Part shown: positions 35,765-45,003 of the stretch, in pieces
Numbering within the stretch: position 1 is the first letter of the stretch
How the letters are laid out: each line of letters starts with the position of its first letter
Assembly (NCBI GenBank): GCA_041690355.1
Contig: JAWLHK010000008.1
Span: 7,374-71,373 of the forward strand
DNA: 64,000 bases
Direction of reading: 5' to 3'
From: a bacterium
GTDB lineage: Bacteria; J088; JAWLBW01
Notes under the pieces: model-generated
The model's database searches: none
What the model was told of the DNA's origin: nothing
What the model saw: only the letters and a program-made list of their open reading frames with translations
Translations under genes and position numbers: made by a program

Positions 35765-36142
35765 ATGAAGCTGGATGGCAGGCTGACCACCGGACGGGCC
35801 GGCGAAGAATTCGGCGCCTGGCTTCTCGAAGGGGCCGGCTACCGGATCCTGGAGAGGAACTGGCGCACACGGTACGGAGAGATCGACATCATCGCACTCC
35901 ACCCGGATGGCACGCTGTGTATTGTGGAAGTTCGCACCACGACAACCGGCGAAGGGACGGCCTTCGGGAGTCTCCATCGGCGCAAGCGCTCCCGCCTGGC
36001 GCGCCAGGCGCTCGTCTTTCTGAGTGAACGCAACTGGCAAGGCCCGGCGCGAATTGACTTTCTCGCTCACGAGGTGCACGACGGATTCTGGGTGACCCTC
36101 CACTGTGAGAACGCATTCGGACTGGGTGGACGGATGTGTTGA
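35765..36142 (+). CDS. YraN family (UPF0102) endonuclease-like protein
   Basis: GEEFGAWLLEGAGYRILERNWRTRYGEIDIIA..EVRTTT matches the UPF0102 pattern. Confidence 0.75.
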   Translation: MKLDGRLTTGRAGEEFGAWLLEGAGYRILERNWRTRYGEIDIIALHPDGTLCIVEVRTTTTGEGTAFGSLHRRKRSRLARQALVFLSERNWQGPARIDFLAHEVHDGFWVTLHCENAFGLGGRMC

Positions 36143-36507
36143 AGACTACGCTTCAAAATCCGTCAAAGGAGCTTCGAAGTCGGGCGCCACGGTGAATTGC
36201 CCCTTGGCAGATCCTCTCGTCCGCTTCCCAGGTTCCCGAGCAGGGACGATGCGGGCTACGGGAGTCGTTCCGTGACAAATAACCACATCCTCGCCGGCCA
36301 GGGCTCTCTCAATGATCTCCAATAATCGAAGACTGGGCGTCGCGAAGTTCGTAGGTTGCCATCTGCAGACCGATCATACGGCTTTATGGACAGTCTTCTT
36401 GCGCAACCAACGGCTCAACCCAGCCCGTGCGTCTACGAGCTGGACGCCGGAGCCCGGCAGGGGCTATAATCATACGTTTGTACTGCCGTTTGACGCAGCC
36501 GAGTTTG

Positions 36508-36597
36508 GGAGAGGTGGCCGAGCGGCTGAAGGCACGCGACTGGAAATCGCGTAAACCTTAACGGGTTTCGAGGGTTCGAATCCCTCCCTCTCCGCCA
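36508..36597 (+). tRNA. tRNA-Ser (anticodon GGA), class II, CCA encoded
   Basis: GGAGAGGTGGCCGAGCGGCTGAAGGC...anticodon loop CUGGAAA...T-arm GAGGGTTCGAATCCCTC...CCTCTCCGCCA; TATAAT box about 40 nt upstream. Confidence 0.85.
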
Positions 36598-36700
36598 ATT
36601 CAAGTTACGAGTGACGAGTTACGAGTGACGAGTATTCGGCAAGGGCGTGGGTATCCTGGGCCCTTGTCGGCTCGGCGCTCAGTGCTTGGCGCTTTTCGCT
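36598..36700. repeat. Composite element copy (GTTACGA/GTGACGA heptamers plus a GGCAAGGGCGTGGGTATCCTGGGCCCTTGTC hairpin plus GCGCTCAGTGCTTGGCGCT)
   Basis: Direct reading immediately 3' of tRNA-Ser(GGA). Confidence 0.6.
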
Positions 36701-36918
36701 CGTGCCACGGCCGCGGCTGGCGATGGTGACCAGGTCCCGCGCGATGTACGGTCTGTGAACCCCGTCAGGCCCGGAAGGGAGCAGCGGTAACGGTTCCGGC
36801 ATGCGCCGCGGTCAAGCCTGGTCACCTTCTCCATCCGTGGCGCCCGCCTGCCGGTTGCCCTCTGCCATCGGCGCTGCGAGGCGAATTCTGATACGCTTTA
36901 GAATTCCGCGGCTCGACC

Positions 36919-38697
36919 ATGGCTTACCTCGTACTCGCTCGCAAATACCGCCCGCAGACCCTCGAAGACGTCCTGGGCCAGGACCACGTCACGACCACCC
37001 TGCGCAACGCGATCGCCGGCGATCGGGTCGCCCACGCCTACCTGTTCACGGGGGCGCGCGGCGTCGGCAAGACCAGCTCGGCGCGCATTCTCGCCAAGGC
37101 GCTCAACTGTGTGTCGGGGCCCACGATCACCCCGTGCAACACCTGCGAGAACTGCCGCGAGATCACCGACGGCAACAGCCTCGACGTCTTCGAGATCGAC
37201 GCCGCCAGCAATACAGGCGTCGATCACGTGCGCGACCTGCAGGACGGCCTGCGCTACATGCCGGGCAAGAGCCGCTTCAAGATCTACATCATTGACGAAG
37301 TGCACATGCTCTCGACGGCGGCCTTCAACGCGCTGCTCAAGACGCTCGAGGAACCGCCCCCGCACGTGCGCTTCATCTTCGCGACGACCGAACCGCACAA
37401 GATTCCGGTCACGATTCTCTCGCGCTGCCAGCGCTTCGACTTCAAGCGCCTGTCCCGTGCCCGCATCGTCGAGCGTCTGCGTCATATCCTCGACACCGAG
37501 GGCGTAACGTACGACGCCGCTGCTCTCCAGGTGCTCGCCCGCGAAGCCGAGGGGTCCATGCGCGACGCCCTGAGCCTCACCGATCAGGCGCTCAGCTTCG
37601 GCGGCGGAACGCTTGATGAACAGACGGTCACGAACGCGCTCGGCATCGTCGACCGCGCCATTCTGAACGACGCGGTGCGCGGCATCCTGCAAGGGGACGC
37701 GCAGCAGCTGCTCGAGATCGTCGAGAAGATCTACGATTACGGCTACGACGTGCGCCAGTTCACGCGGAATCTGCTGGAGCATTTCCGCCACTTGCTGGTG
37801 GTCAAGGTCGCGCAGGAGCCGGGGCGCGTCGTCGACCTGCCCGCCGAAGACATTGCCGAACTGCAGGCCCAGGCCGAAGGGCAGGGTTCAGACCGGCTGC
37901 ACCGGCTCTTCGGCGGCCTGCTCAAGCTCGGCGACGACGTGGGCCGCAGCGCCCATCCGCGCATGGTGCTCGAGGTGGGCCTGATTCGCCTGGCGACGCT
38001 GGGACCCCTCAAGCCGGTCGAAGAGCTGCTGGGGGCCCTGCGCGACATGGCCGGGCGCCGGCCGCCGATCGCCGGCGGCACGGGCGGCTATGTCCCGGCG
38101 GCCGCCGCGTCTCCCCTGCCCCCGCCGCCGCCCCCCTCGTTTCCCGTGGCCGCGGCCCCGCAGGTGCGCCCGCCGGCCCCCCCGCCGCCGGCGCCCCCCC
38201 CACGTGGAGAGCCCGAGGCTCAGCGCGCGGCCGAGCCCGCCGCGCTTCCGCCCACGACCGGTTCGGGAGAAGACTTCGGCGCGTGGCTGCACCGGGCGAA
38301 CTCAAAGCTGGCGGCGCAGCTGCGCTCGGCCGAGTTCCGCGTCGAAGGGCACGTGCTGCGCATCCGCCTGCCCAAGGAGCAGGGCTTCGTCATGACGCTG
38401 CTCCAGAGCACCCAGCGCGGCGAGCTCGAAGCGGCCGTGCGGGGCTTTCTCGGCAGCGCGGGCACGGCGGCCATCGAGCTGATCGATCGCGACGCGGCTC
38501 CGCGGGCGCAGGCGGCCCCTGCCGCGCCCCCCCCGCGGGCGCGCCGGGGCGAGAGTGAAGCCGAGCGCAACCGGAAGCGCGAAGCGGTCGACCACCCAGC
38601 CGTGCAGCAGATCTTGAAGGTTTTCGAAGGGAGTTCCATCATGGATGTGCAGCTCCTGGCCGAGCCGGTCGCTCCGGTCGACGAAGACATACACTGA
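36919..38697 (+). CDS. dnaX: DNA polymerase III subunit gamma/tau
   Basis: Walker A GARGVGKTS, Zn-finger CxxC..C..C, DEVHM box; Pro/Ala-rich tau linker. Confidence 0.9.
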   Translation: MAYLVLARKYRPQTLEDVLGQDHVTTTLRNAIAGDRVAHAYLFTGARGVGKTSSARILAKALNCVSGPTITPCNTCENCREITDGNSLDVFEIDAASNTGVDHVRDLQDGLRYMPGKSRFKIYIIDEVHMLSTAAFNALLKTLEEPPPHVRFIFATTEPHKIPVTILSRCQRFDFKRLSRARIVERLRHILDTEGVTYDAAALQVLAREAEGSMRDALSLTDQALSFGGGTLDEQTVTNALGIVDRAILNDAVRGILQGDAQQLLEIVEKIYDYGYDVRQFTRNLLEHFRHLLVVKVAQEPGRVVDLPAEDIAELQAQAEGQGSDRLHRLFGGLLKLGDDVGRSAHPRMVLEVGLIRLATLGPLKPVEELLGALRDMAGRRPPIAGGTGGYVPAAAASPLPPPPPPSFPVAAAPQVRPPAPPPPAPPPRGEPEAQRAAEPAALPPTTGSGEDFGAWLHRANSKLAAQLRSAEFRVEGHVLRIRLPKEQGFVMTLLQSTQRGELEAAVRGFLGSAGTAAIELIDRDAAPRAQAAPAAPPPRARRGESEAERNRKREAVDHPAVQQILKVFEGSSIMDVQLLAEPVAPVDEDIH

Positions 38698-38752
38698 ATG
38701 GCGCCCTGCGAACGACGCAGCGGCGCGACCCATTACGCGAAAGGATGACGGT

Positions 38753-39100
38753 ATGGCACGCGGAGGATTTCCCGGGGGCGGCGGTTTCAACCCCCAGCAG
38801 CTGATGCGTCAGGTTCAGAAGATGCAGCAGGAGATGGAGAAGGCCCAGGAAGCGCTCAAGCAGCGCGAGGTCGAGGCTTCGTCGGGTGGCGGCATGGTCA
38901 CGGTCGTCTTCAACGGCGCGCAGGAGCTGCTGCGCATGAAGATCGAGAAGGAAGTGCTCGAAGGGGGCGACCAGGAGATGCTGCAGGACCTCATCGTGGC
39001 GGCTGTCAACGAAGGCATCAAGAAGAGCAAGGATCTGCAGCAGCAGGAGCTGGGCAAGATCGCCGGCCCGGGCATGGGCGGCATGGGCGGCCTGTTCTGA
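38753..39100 (+). CDS. ybaB: YbaB/EbfC nucleoid-associated protein
   Basis: Conserved QQ..LM.Q.QKMQ.EM N-terminus; canonical dnaX-ybaB-recR synteny. Confidence 0.85.
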   Translation: MARGGFPGGGGFNPQQLMRQVQKMQQEMEKAQEALKQREVEASSGGGMVTVVFNGAQELLRMKIEKEVLEGGDQEMLQDLIVAAVNEGIKKSKDLQQQELGKIAGPGMGGMGGLF

Positions 39101-39235
39101 ATTGACGATTGACAATTGACGATTGACGATTTTTTCGTACACTCGTCAATCTGTCTTCGTCCCTTTTTTTTGTACTCCGTCCTTGCCGAAAATTGTTAAT
39201 CGTAAATCGTAAATCGTAAATTTGTCCGACCCGAT
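39095..39235. repeat. Heptamer repeats (ATTGACG ATTGACA ATTGACG ATTGACG) and, about 80 nt later, the inverted form (CGTAAAT)x3
   Basis: Direct reading between ybaB and recR. Confidence 0.6.
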
Positions 39236-39812
39236 CCAGAATCTCATTCATGAGCTGACGCGGTTGCCGTCGGTGGGCGAGAAGACCGCCACGCGGCTCG
39301 CGTTTCACCTGCTCAAGACGCCGACCGAGACGGCCCTCGCGCTTTCGCGCGCCATCGCCGAGGTCAAGGAGAAGGTGCGCCTGTGCAACCGCTGCTTCCA
39401 CCTGACGAGCGGCGAGGAGTGCAACCTCTGCATCGATCCGCGGCGCGAGGGAGATCGGATCTGCGTCGTCGAAGAGCCGCTCGATCTGCTCGCCATCGAG
39501 AAGTCGCGCATCTACCGCGGCCGCTACCACGTGCTGCACGGCGTGCTCAGTCCGATTGACGGGGTCGGCCCCGATCAGCTGCGCATCGAGCCGCTGCTGG
39601 CCCGCATTCCCGCCGAGCAGGTGCGCGAGGTCATCCTCGCGACCAATCCGTCGGTGGAAGGGGAGGCGACGGCCATCTATCTGGCCAAGCTGCTCAAGCC
39701 GATGGGCGTGCGCATCAGCCGTATCGCCCACGGCATTCCCATGGGCGGCGAACTCGAATACACCGACGAGCTGACCATCGGCCGCGCCCTCACCGACCGG
39801 CGTGAAATGTGA
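39222..39812 (+). CDS. recR: Recombination protein RecR
   Basis: HhH (LPSVGEKTATRLAFHLL), C4 zinc finger (CNRCFHLTSGEECNLC), Toprim. Confidence 0.9.
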   Translation: MSDPIQNLIHELTRLPSVGEKTATRLAFHLLKTPTETALALSRAIAEVKEKVRLCNRCFHLTSGEECNLCIDPRREGDRICVVEEPLDLLAIEKSRIYRGRYHVLHGVLSPIDGVGPDQLRIEPLLARIPAEQVREVILATNPSVEGEATAIYLAKLLKPMGVRISRIAHGIPMGGELEYTDELTIGRALTDRREM

Positions 39813-39915
39813 CGAGTTACGAGTGACGAGTGACGAGTTTCCGGCAAGGGCGTGGGCATCCTAGTCCTTGCCGGTCAGCGCTCAGTGCTTAGCGCTTGGC
39901 GCTTGGCCCTAGAAG
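39813..39915. repeat. Composite element copy ((GTGACGA/GTTACGA)n plus TTTCCGGCAAGGGCGTGGGCATCCTAGTCCTTGCCGG hairpin plus GCGCTCAGTGCTTAGCGCTTGGCGCTTGGC)
   Basis: Direct reading 3' of recR. Confidence 0.65.
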
Positions 39916-40817
39916 GGAAGCCGCAGGCTGCTCCCTTGGGGCACCAGATCCACACGCCGGATCCGATCCAGCCGGTAAGTGCGCTCTTCGCGCGTCTGCA
40001 GGCAGACGGCGCGCAGGTAATTGCGCCCCATCAGGTGCACGACGTCGCGCGGGGTCACTTCGCGCGGGAAGACGCCGCCCGTCGCCGTCGGATAGTGCAC
40101 GACGACGTCGCGCCCCTCGGCCAGGCCGCGCCCGAGGTTCCGCAGCTTGCGGGGAATGGGCACCTCGGCGTGTGGATCGAAGCGGACCCGGAACTTCCCG
40201 AGCGGATCTTCGGCGCCGGTCTCGACTGTGGCCGTGCCGGCCGGCCCGTACCCCGCAGGATTTTCCGCGAGCACGGTGGGGGCAAGGGTCTCCCGCGCCG
40301 CCCTGCGCGCTTCGAGCGCGTCGAGGCAGCGGAACAGGAGGCGCCCGGCCGTCTCGGCGTCGGCGAGCGCGCGGTGGAACTCGGTGCCCCCCAGTTCCAG
40401 GGCGGCGCTCAGGGAGGTCAGGCGGTGCGAGGGGAGCTCGGGGAAGGCCGCGCGCGAGAGCGGCAGCGTATCGACCAGATCGAAGGCGGGCAGGCGCAGG
40501 CCCGCCGTGAGGGCCGCCACGGTGAGAAAGGCCAGGTCGAACGGCGCGTTGTGGGCGGCGATCGGATCGCCGCCGAGAAACGCGAGCAGCCGGGGGAGCA
40601 CGGTCTCCATCGGCGGCGCGTCGGCCACGTCGGCGTCGGTGATGCCGTGAATGGCGGTCGAGGCCGGATCAATCGGCTCGCCCGGGTGCACCAGCGTGTG
40701 GAAGTGTTCGGCCGGTCGCCCGTCGATCCAGCGGACGGCGGCGACTTCGATGGCGCGGTTCAGCAGCGGCTGCAGGCCGGTCGTCTCGAGGTCGAGGGTG
40801 ACAATGCGGGGAATCAT
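39909..40817 (-). CDS. DEDDh 3'-5' exonuclease (DnaQ-like) fused to a C-terminal WYL-like domain
   Basis: Exo motifs I/II/III (LDLETTG, AHNAPFDLAFL, FHRALADAETAG); C-terminus NYLRAVCLQTREERTYRLDRIRRVDL resembles the WYL-domain signature. Confidence 0.7.
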   Translation of the reverse strand: MIPRIVTLDLETTGLQPLLNRAIEVAAVRWIDGRPAEHFHTLVHPGEPIDPASTAIHGITDADVADAPPMETVLPRLLAFLGGDPIAAHNAPFDLAFLTVAALTAGLRLPAFDLVDTLPLSRAAFPELPSHRLTSLSAALELGGTEFHRALADAETAGRLLFRCLDALEARRAARETLAPTVLAENPAGYGPAGTATVETGAEDPLGKFRVRFDPHAEVPIPRKLRNLGRGLAEGRDVVVHYPTATGGVFPREVTPRDVVHLMGRNYLRAVCLQTREERTYRLDRIRRVDLVPQGSSLRLPF

Positions 40818-41292
40818 CAGTGTGCGCGGAAGCGGAAACGTACGGGCCGGAGCCCGTCCAGGGGAAAAGGAGAACTCCGCCCCGGGGCGGGGCGGAGTCG
40901 TACCAGTTGATTTCCAGTGTACCCGGTCAGACGGGTCAGCGTTTGTCCGCGTCCTGAAAAATCAAAAGAGTCGACCTTCGGCATTGCACCGAGAAGCCGA
41001 CTCTTTTCGAGCGATGCAGCAGAAGAATTTCTGCTGACGCCGTGGCGGGACGTTACCTTGCCCTTCCCGTGATGGGAAAGCGCGGCAAGTGCGCCTGAAC
41101 GATCGCTTGAGTCCCGGCGTGTCCGGGGATCTGCGACCGCATGAGAGCTTATGAGTAGACGATGGTAGCAACGGCTCGGGACCGTGTCAAGAACGAATGC
41201 GCCCGCCCACCGGCCCCTCGCGCACCCGCCCTCCCCAGTTCGCCGGCGCGGGTCCGGGCGTGACGGGGCGGGCGCGGGCGGAATCTGGAATA

Positions 41293-42405
41293 ATGACCCG
41301 GATGGATATGCGTTTCATCGACCGCCCCCAGGATGTCTCCGAGACCGTCCGGGACCTTGCGGCGGCCCCCTGGCTCGCCCTCGACACGGAGTTCATGCGG
41401 GGCAACACCTACTCGGCCCGGCTCTGTCTGGTGCAGGTCGCCTCGGCCGACCTCATCGCCGTCTTCGATGCGTGCGCGCTCGGCGAGCAGATGAGCCCGC
41501 TGACCGATCTGCTGTTTTCCGACCGGACGCGCAAGGTTCTGCATTCCGCCTACCAGGATCTGGAGGTGTTCTATGACCTGCGCGGATCCGTTCCCGCGCC
41601 CGTCTACGACACGCAGATCGGCGCCCTGCTGCTCGGCTTCGAGCCGCAGATGGGCTACGGCGCCATGGTCGAGGCGGTGACCGGCACGACGCTCCCCAAG
41701 GCGCACACCCGCGAAGACTGGGCGCGCCGCCCGCTCGATCCCGCCGCCGTCGCCTACGCGGCCGACGACGTGAAGTATCTGCGGCAGGTTTACGAGGCGC
41801 AGCAGGAAGAGCTCGACCGCCTGGGCCGCGGCGGCTGGCTGGCCGACGACTTCGCGCGCATGGGTGAACCGCGCCTCTACGCCAATCCGCCCGAAGAGGC
41901 GTGGAAGCGCATCCGTGGCGCCGAGCGCCTTGTTCCCGTGCAGCTGAGCGTGCTGCGCGCGTTGGCGGCCTGGCGTGAACGCAAGGCGCGCGAATGGGAC
42001 CGCCCGCGCAAGTGGATCCTGCAGGACGGTCCGCTGCTCGAAATGTCGCGCCGCCTCCCGAAGACGCTCGCTGAGCTCGGCGAGATCCGCGATCTCGAAC
42101 GGCGGCAGATCGAGAAGCGCGGCGCCGAGTGGATCCGGCTCATCGAGGCCGCCGCCGCAGAAGCCGATGACGAGCGCCCGCAGCTCGAAGCGCACCAGCG
42201 CATGACGCGCGCCGAGGCGAAGAAGGTCGACGAGCTGGCGAAGGTCGTCGACGCCGTCGCGCGCCCCGAGCGCGTCCATCCGACCCTGGTGGCGACGAAG
42301 AAGGAGCTCGCGCGCCTGGTTCTCCAGGAGCACGACATTCCCCTTCTGCGCGGCTGGCGCCGCGACCTGGTCGGCGAAAAACTCCTCGAGCATCTCCGGC
42401 CCTAG
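41293..42405 (+). CDS. rnd: Ribonuclease D
   Basis: DEDDy exonuclease motifs (LALDTEF, HSAYQDLEV, YAADDVKYL) plus HRDC-like C-terminus. Confidence 0.8.
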   Translation: MTRMDMRFIDRPQDVSETVRDLAAAPWLALDTEFMRGNTYSARLCLVQVASADLIAVFDACALGEQMSPLTDLLFSDRTRKVLHSAYQDLEVFYDLRGSVPAPVYDTQIGALLLGFEPQMGYGAMVEAVTGTTLPKAHTREDWARRPLDPAAVAYAADDVKYLRQVYEAQQEELDRLGRGGWLADDFARMGEPRLYANPPEEAWKRIRGAERLVPVQLSVLRALAAWRERKAREWDRPRKWILQDGPLLEMSRRLPKTLAELGEIRDLERRQIEKRGAEWIRLIEAAAAEADDERPQLEAHQRMTRAEAKKVDELAKVVDAVARPERVHPTLVATKKELARLVLQEHDIPLLRGWRRDLVGEKLLEHLRP

Positions 42406-42530
42406 CGCGCCGGAGATGCATTCCTGATACCTGATTCTTGATTCCTGATTCGGCGAGGGCCGGGCAATTCCCCGTGCGTGCGTACCCTCGTCCTTGTTGG
42501 CTCAGGAATCAGGAATCAGGAATGGGAGGA
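42405..42530. repeat. (ATTCCTG)n inverted arm ... (CAGGAAT)x3: an inverted-repeat pair of the CAGGAAT heptamer block
   Basis: Direct reading; GCATTCCTGATACCTGATTCTTGATTCCTGATTC ... CTCAGGAATCAGGAATCAGGAAT. Confidence 0.6.
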
Positions 42531-42539
42531 AGCGCCGCT

Positions 42540-43206
42540 CTACTTCCGCGTGCGCTGTTCCTCGTCTTCGCGTCGCGGCGCTTCCTCCTCGTGGGTGTGC
42601 TCGCGCGGGAAGTCGGGTTCGAACTCGTGCAGAAAGCCGTCAATCTCGTTCGAGACCGGCTGGCTCTCGGCGGCGAGCTGAAACTCGATGTTCGGCCGGT
42701 CGATCAGCCTGCGATCGATGATCGGAATGCGCCGCCGCTCCCCGAAGAGCTCGAGCACCTCGGGGGTCAACCGCGGGCGTTCGAGGGCCAGCCGCCGGTT
42801 CTCGCCCGGGTGGCTCACGAACAGACGGTACAACCCCTCCTCCTTCAGCTTCATGCGCGCCATGACCTGCGGCGGCACGTCGCGCAGCCGGAACTCGAAG
42901 GCGAGAAACGTCTCGTCCTCTTCGGGGATGATGGAATAGGGTCCGTCGGCGATGCAGCGGCCGCCGTCTTCGCCCACGTCCGAAATGGCGTCTTCGAGCC
43001 GGTTGTAGACCCGATCGACCACCCCCCAGACGTGATGGTGGCGGATGGACGAGGGGTCGGGCAGGCGCACGTCCTGCAGGAGCACGCGGCGCACCGGACT
43101 CTCCGTACGCGGGTCGAAGATCAGCTCGACGTACTCGGTCGGATTCCTGAACTTGACGATAGGAAAGTAGTAGACGTAGAGGTGCCCGAAGTCGACGACA
43201 TCCATA
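42540..43206 (-). CDS. Hypothetical protein
   Basis: Start MDVVDFGHLYVYYFPIVKF; acidic C-terminal tail; no motif recognised. Confidence 0.45.
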
Positions 43207-43417
43207 CGGGTCAGTCTGAAATGTTTTGCCACGCGCTGCGAGGGTCGGGGCTCGGAGAGCAGGACGCCGCCGGCCGCTGCGACCTTTGCCCCGTCACGCC
43301 CCGGCCCTGCTTGCGGACCCCTGACGGCACTTTTCGAATACTTTTGTATACACTTCTCCCGGGTAAAGCCAGCCTGCCGGCGTTTGGCAAAGCGCTCTGC
43401 GATGGTACGCTGTTGCC

Positions 43418-44269
43418 ATGTCAACGTCAACCGAGAGACCCGATCTCTTCACGTATGCCGACTACCGGCGTTACCTGGCCGACTGGATCGCCTGGAAGCG
43501 CTCGAAAGGCAGCTTCTCGATGCGCTGGTTCGCGCGGCAGTCGGGATTCGGCGCCCCGAACATGCTTCGCCTCGTGATCGACGGGGCGCGCAACCTCTCC
43601 ATCCACTCCATCCGCAAGTTCGCGACCGGGTTGGCGCTCGCCGACGACGAAGGGGCCTACTTCGAGACCCTCGTGCTCATGAACCAGGCGCGCACGGTGC
43701 AGGAGCGCAAGCAGTATTACGAACGGCTGGTCGGCCATCCGAAGCGCCGGAAAGCCGAGCCGCTCGAGCGCGGACGGCTCGGTTTCTTTCAGCACTGGCT
43801 GGGCCCGGTGCTGTACGAGATGGTCCGCTTTCCCGACTTCCGCCCCGATCCGGCCTGGATCGCCGACCGGCTCGGCAGCGACCTCTCGGTGCGCGACATC
43901 CGCAAGGCGCTCGGGCTGCTGCGCGAGTCGGGTCTCGTTCGAGAGGAAGCGGAGGGCCGCTGGGTCTGCGCCGAAGAAGTCGTGCGCACGGGCGACGACG
44001 TGCGCGACGTTCACCTGTTTTCGTACCACGAGCAGGCCCTGCTCAAGGCATCCGACGCGCTGCATGAGGTTCCCTCCGGCGAACGGCACTACCACGTGCT
44101 GACCATCGCGGCGCCCCGCGAGGCGCTGGGGGATCTCAAGAAGCTGTGCAGCCGCTTCGAAGAGGAAGTTCATCGCCTCCTCGACACCTATCCGGGAGCG
44201 CCCGACGAAGTCTTTCAATTCGGACTGCAGGCGTTTCCGCTCACGCGCGGCAAAGGAGACCGCTCATGA
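43418..44269 (+). CDS. Hypothetical protein, possibly TIGR02147-like (paralogous family reported from Fibrobacter and predatory/gliding bacteria); family assignment tentative
   Basis: 283-aa ORF translationally coupled (ATGA) to the first lipoprotein of the A/B array. Confidence 0.45.
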   Translation: MSTSTERPDLFTYADYRRYLADWIAWKRSKGSFSMRWFARQSGFGAPNMLRLVIDGARNLSIHSIRKFATGLALADDEGAYFETLVLMNQARTVQERKQYYERLVGHPKRRKAEPLERGRLGFFQHWLGPVLYEMVRFPDFRPDPAWIADRLGSDLSVRDIRKALGLLRESGLVREEAEGRWVCAEEVVRTGDDVRDVHLFSYHEQALLKASDALHEVPSGERHYHVLTIAAPREALGDLKKLCSRFEEEVHRLLDTYPGAPDEVFQFGLQAFPLTRGKGDRS

Positions 44270-45003
44270 CGTTCCTTCGAATCATTTTCGTCGTTCTTCT
44301 GGTCTCCTCCTGCGGCGGCGTGCAGGCCGGTAACCCCGTCGGACCGGGCCGCTACTCGCTCACCGGCAAGGTGCTCTCGCTCGAGGGGAACGATCCGCTG
44401 CAGCGCACGGTGCGGGTGGTGGGCAATGGTCTGGACCTCGATACGGAATCCGACGCCGTCGGCGAGTATCTGTTCGACGAACTGCCCCCCGGCGCATACG
44501 TGCTGTCGGTCGATGACCGGCAGCGCGAAACCGTTGTCGTGCAAGGCGACACCATCAAGGACGTCATTCTTCCGGTCCCTGCCGCCCCCAGAAATTTCCG
44601 CCTGGTTGAAATCGGCGTCCTGAACGGCTTCTGCCTGCTCTGGGACGACGTTTCGGGGGTCGAAGCCGGGTTCCGCATCGAAGGTCCGGTGCAGTTCAGC
44701 GCACCGTCGAATCGCATCGGCGTGCTTCAGCCAATCGGCATTCCGGACGTCAATGATCGCGATGGTCTGGAAGCGAGAGCTGCCGCGGCGTGGAATGCGG
44801 ATTTTCCCGGAACGTACTACCTGACGGCGTACAACGAGTACGGCGATTCGACCGCTGTGCCGCTGGTGGTCTACGGCTACAGTCCCGATGACGTGTTTCT
44901 CGATCTGACGGCCATGCCCGATGAGCAATGGTCCGCGGATCAGCGCATGTGTCTTGCCACCGAAGTCCAGAACGGCAAACCCACCTATCTGGAGATCCCA
45001 TGA
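44266..45003 (+). CDS. Family-A lipoprotein A1 (about 245 aa; carboxypeptidase-regulatory-like plus Fn3-like domains)
   Basis: Lipobox LVSSCGG; N-terminal about 130 nt nearly identical to A3 (51215-51370). Confidence 0.65.
   Translation: MTFLRIIFVVLLVSSCGGVQAGNPVGPGRYSLTGKVLSLEGNDPLQRTVRVVGNGLDLDTESDAVGEYLFDELPPGAYVLSVDDRQRETVVVQGDTIKDVILPVPAAPRNFRLVEIGVLNGFCLLWDDVSGVEAGFRIEGPVQFSAPSNRIGVLQPIGIPDVNDRDGLEARAAAAWNADFPGTYYLTAYNEYGDSTAVPLVVYGYSPDDVFLDLTAMPDEQWSADQRMCLATEVQNGKPTYLEIP

Noticed and set aside
40818-41292. tmRNA, RNase P RNA or 6S RNA in the long intergenic region
   Set aside because: No tmRNA 3' tRNA-like end or resume-codon context, and no RNase P conserved GGAAAGUCCGGGCUCC or ACAGAAYCCGGCUUA boxes, were recognisable.
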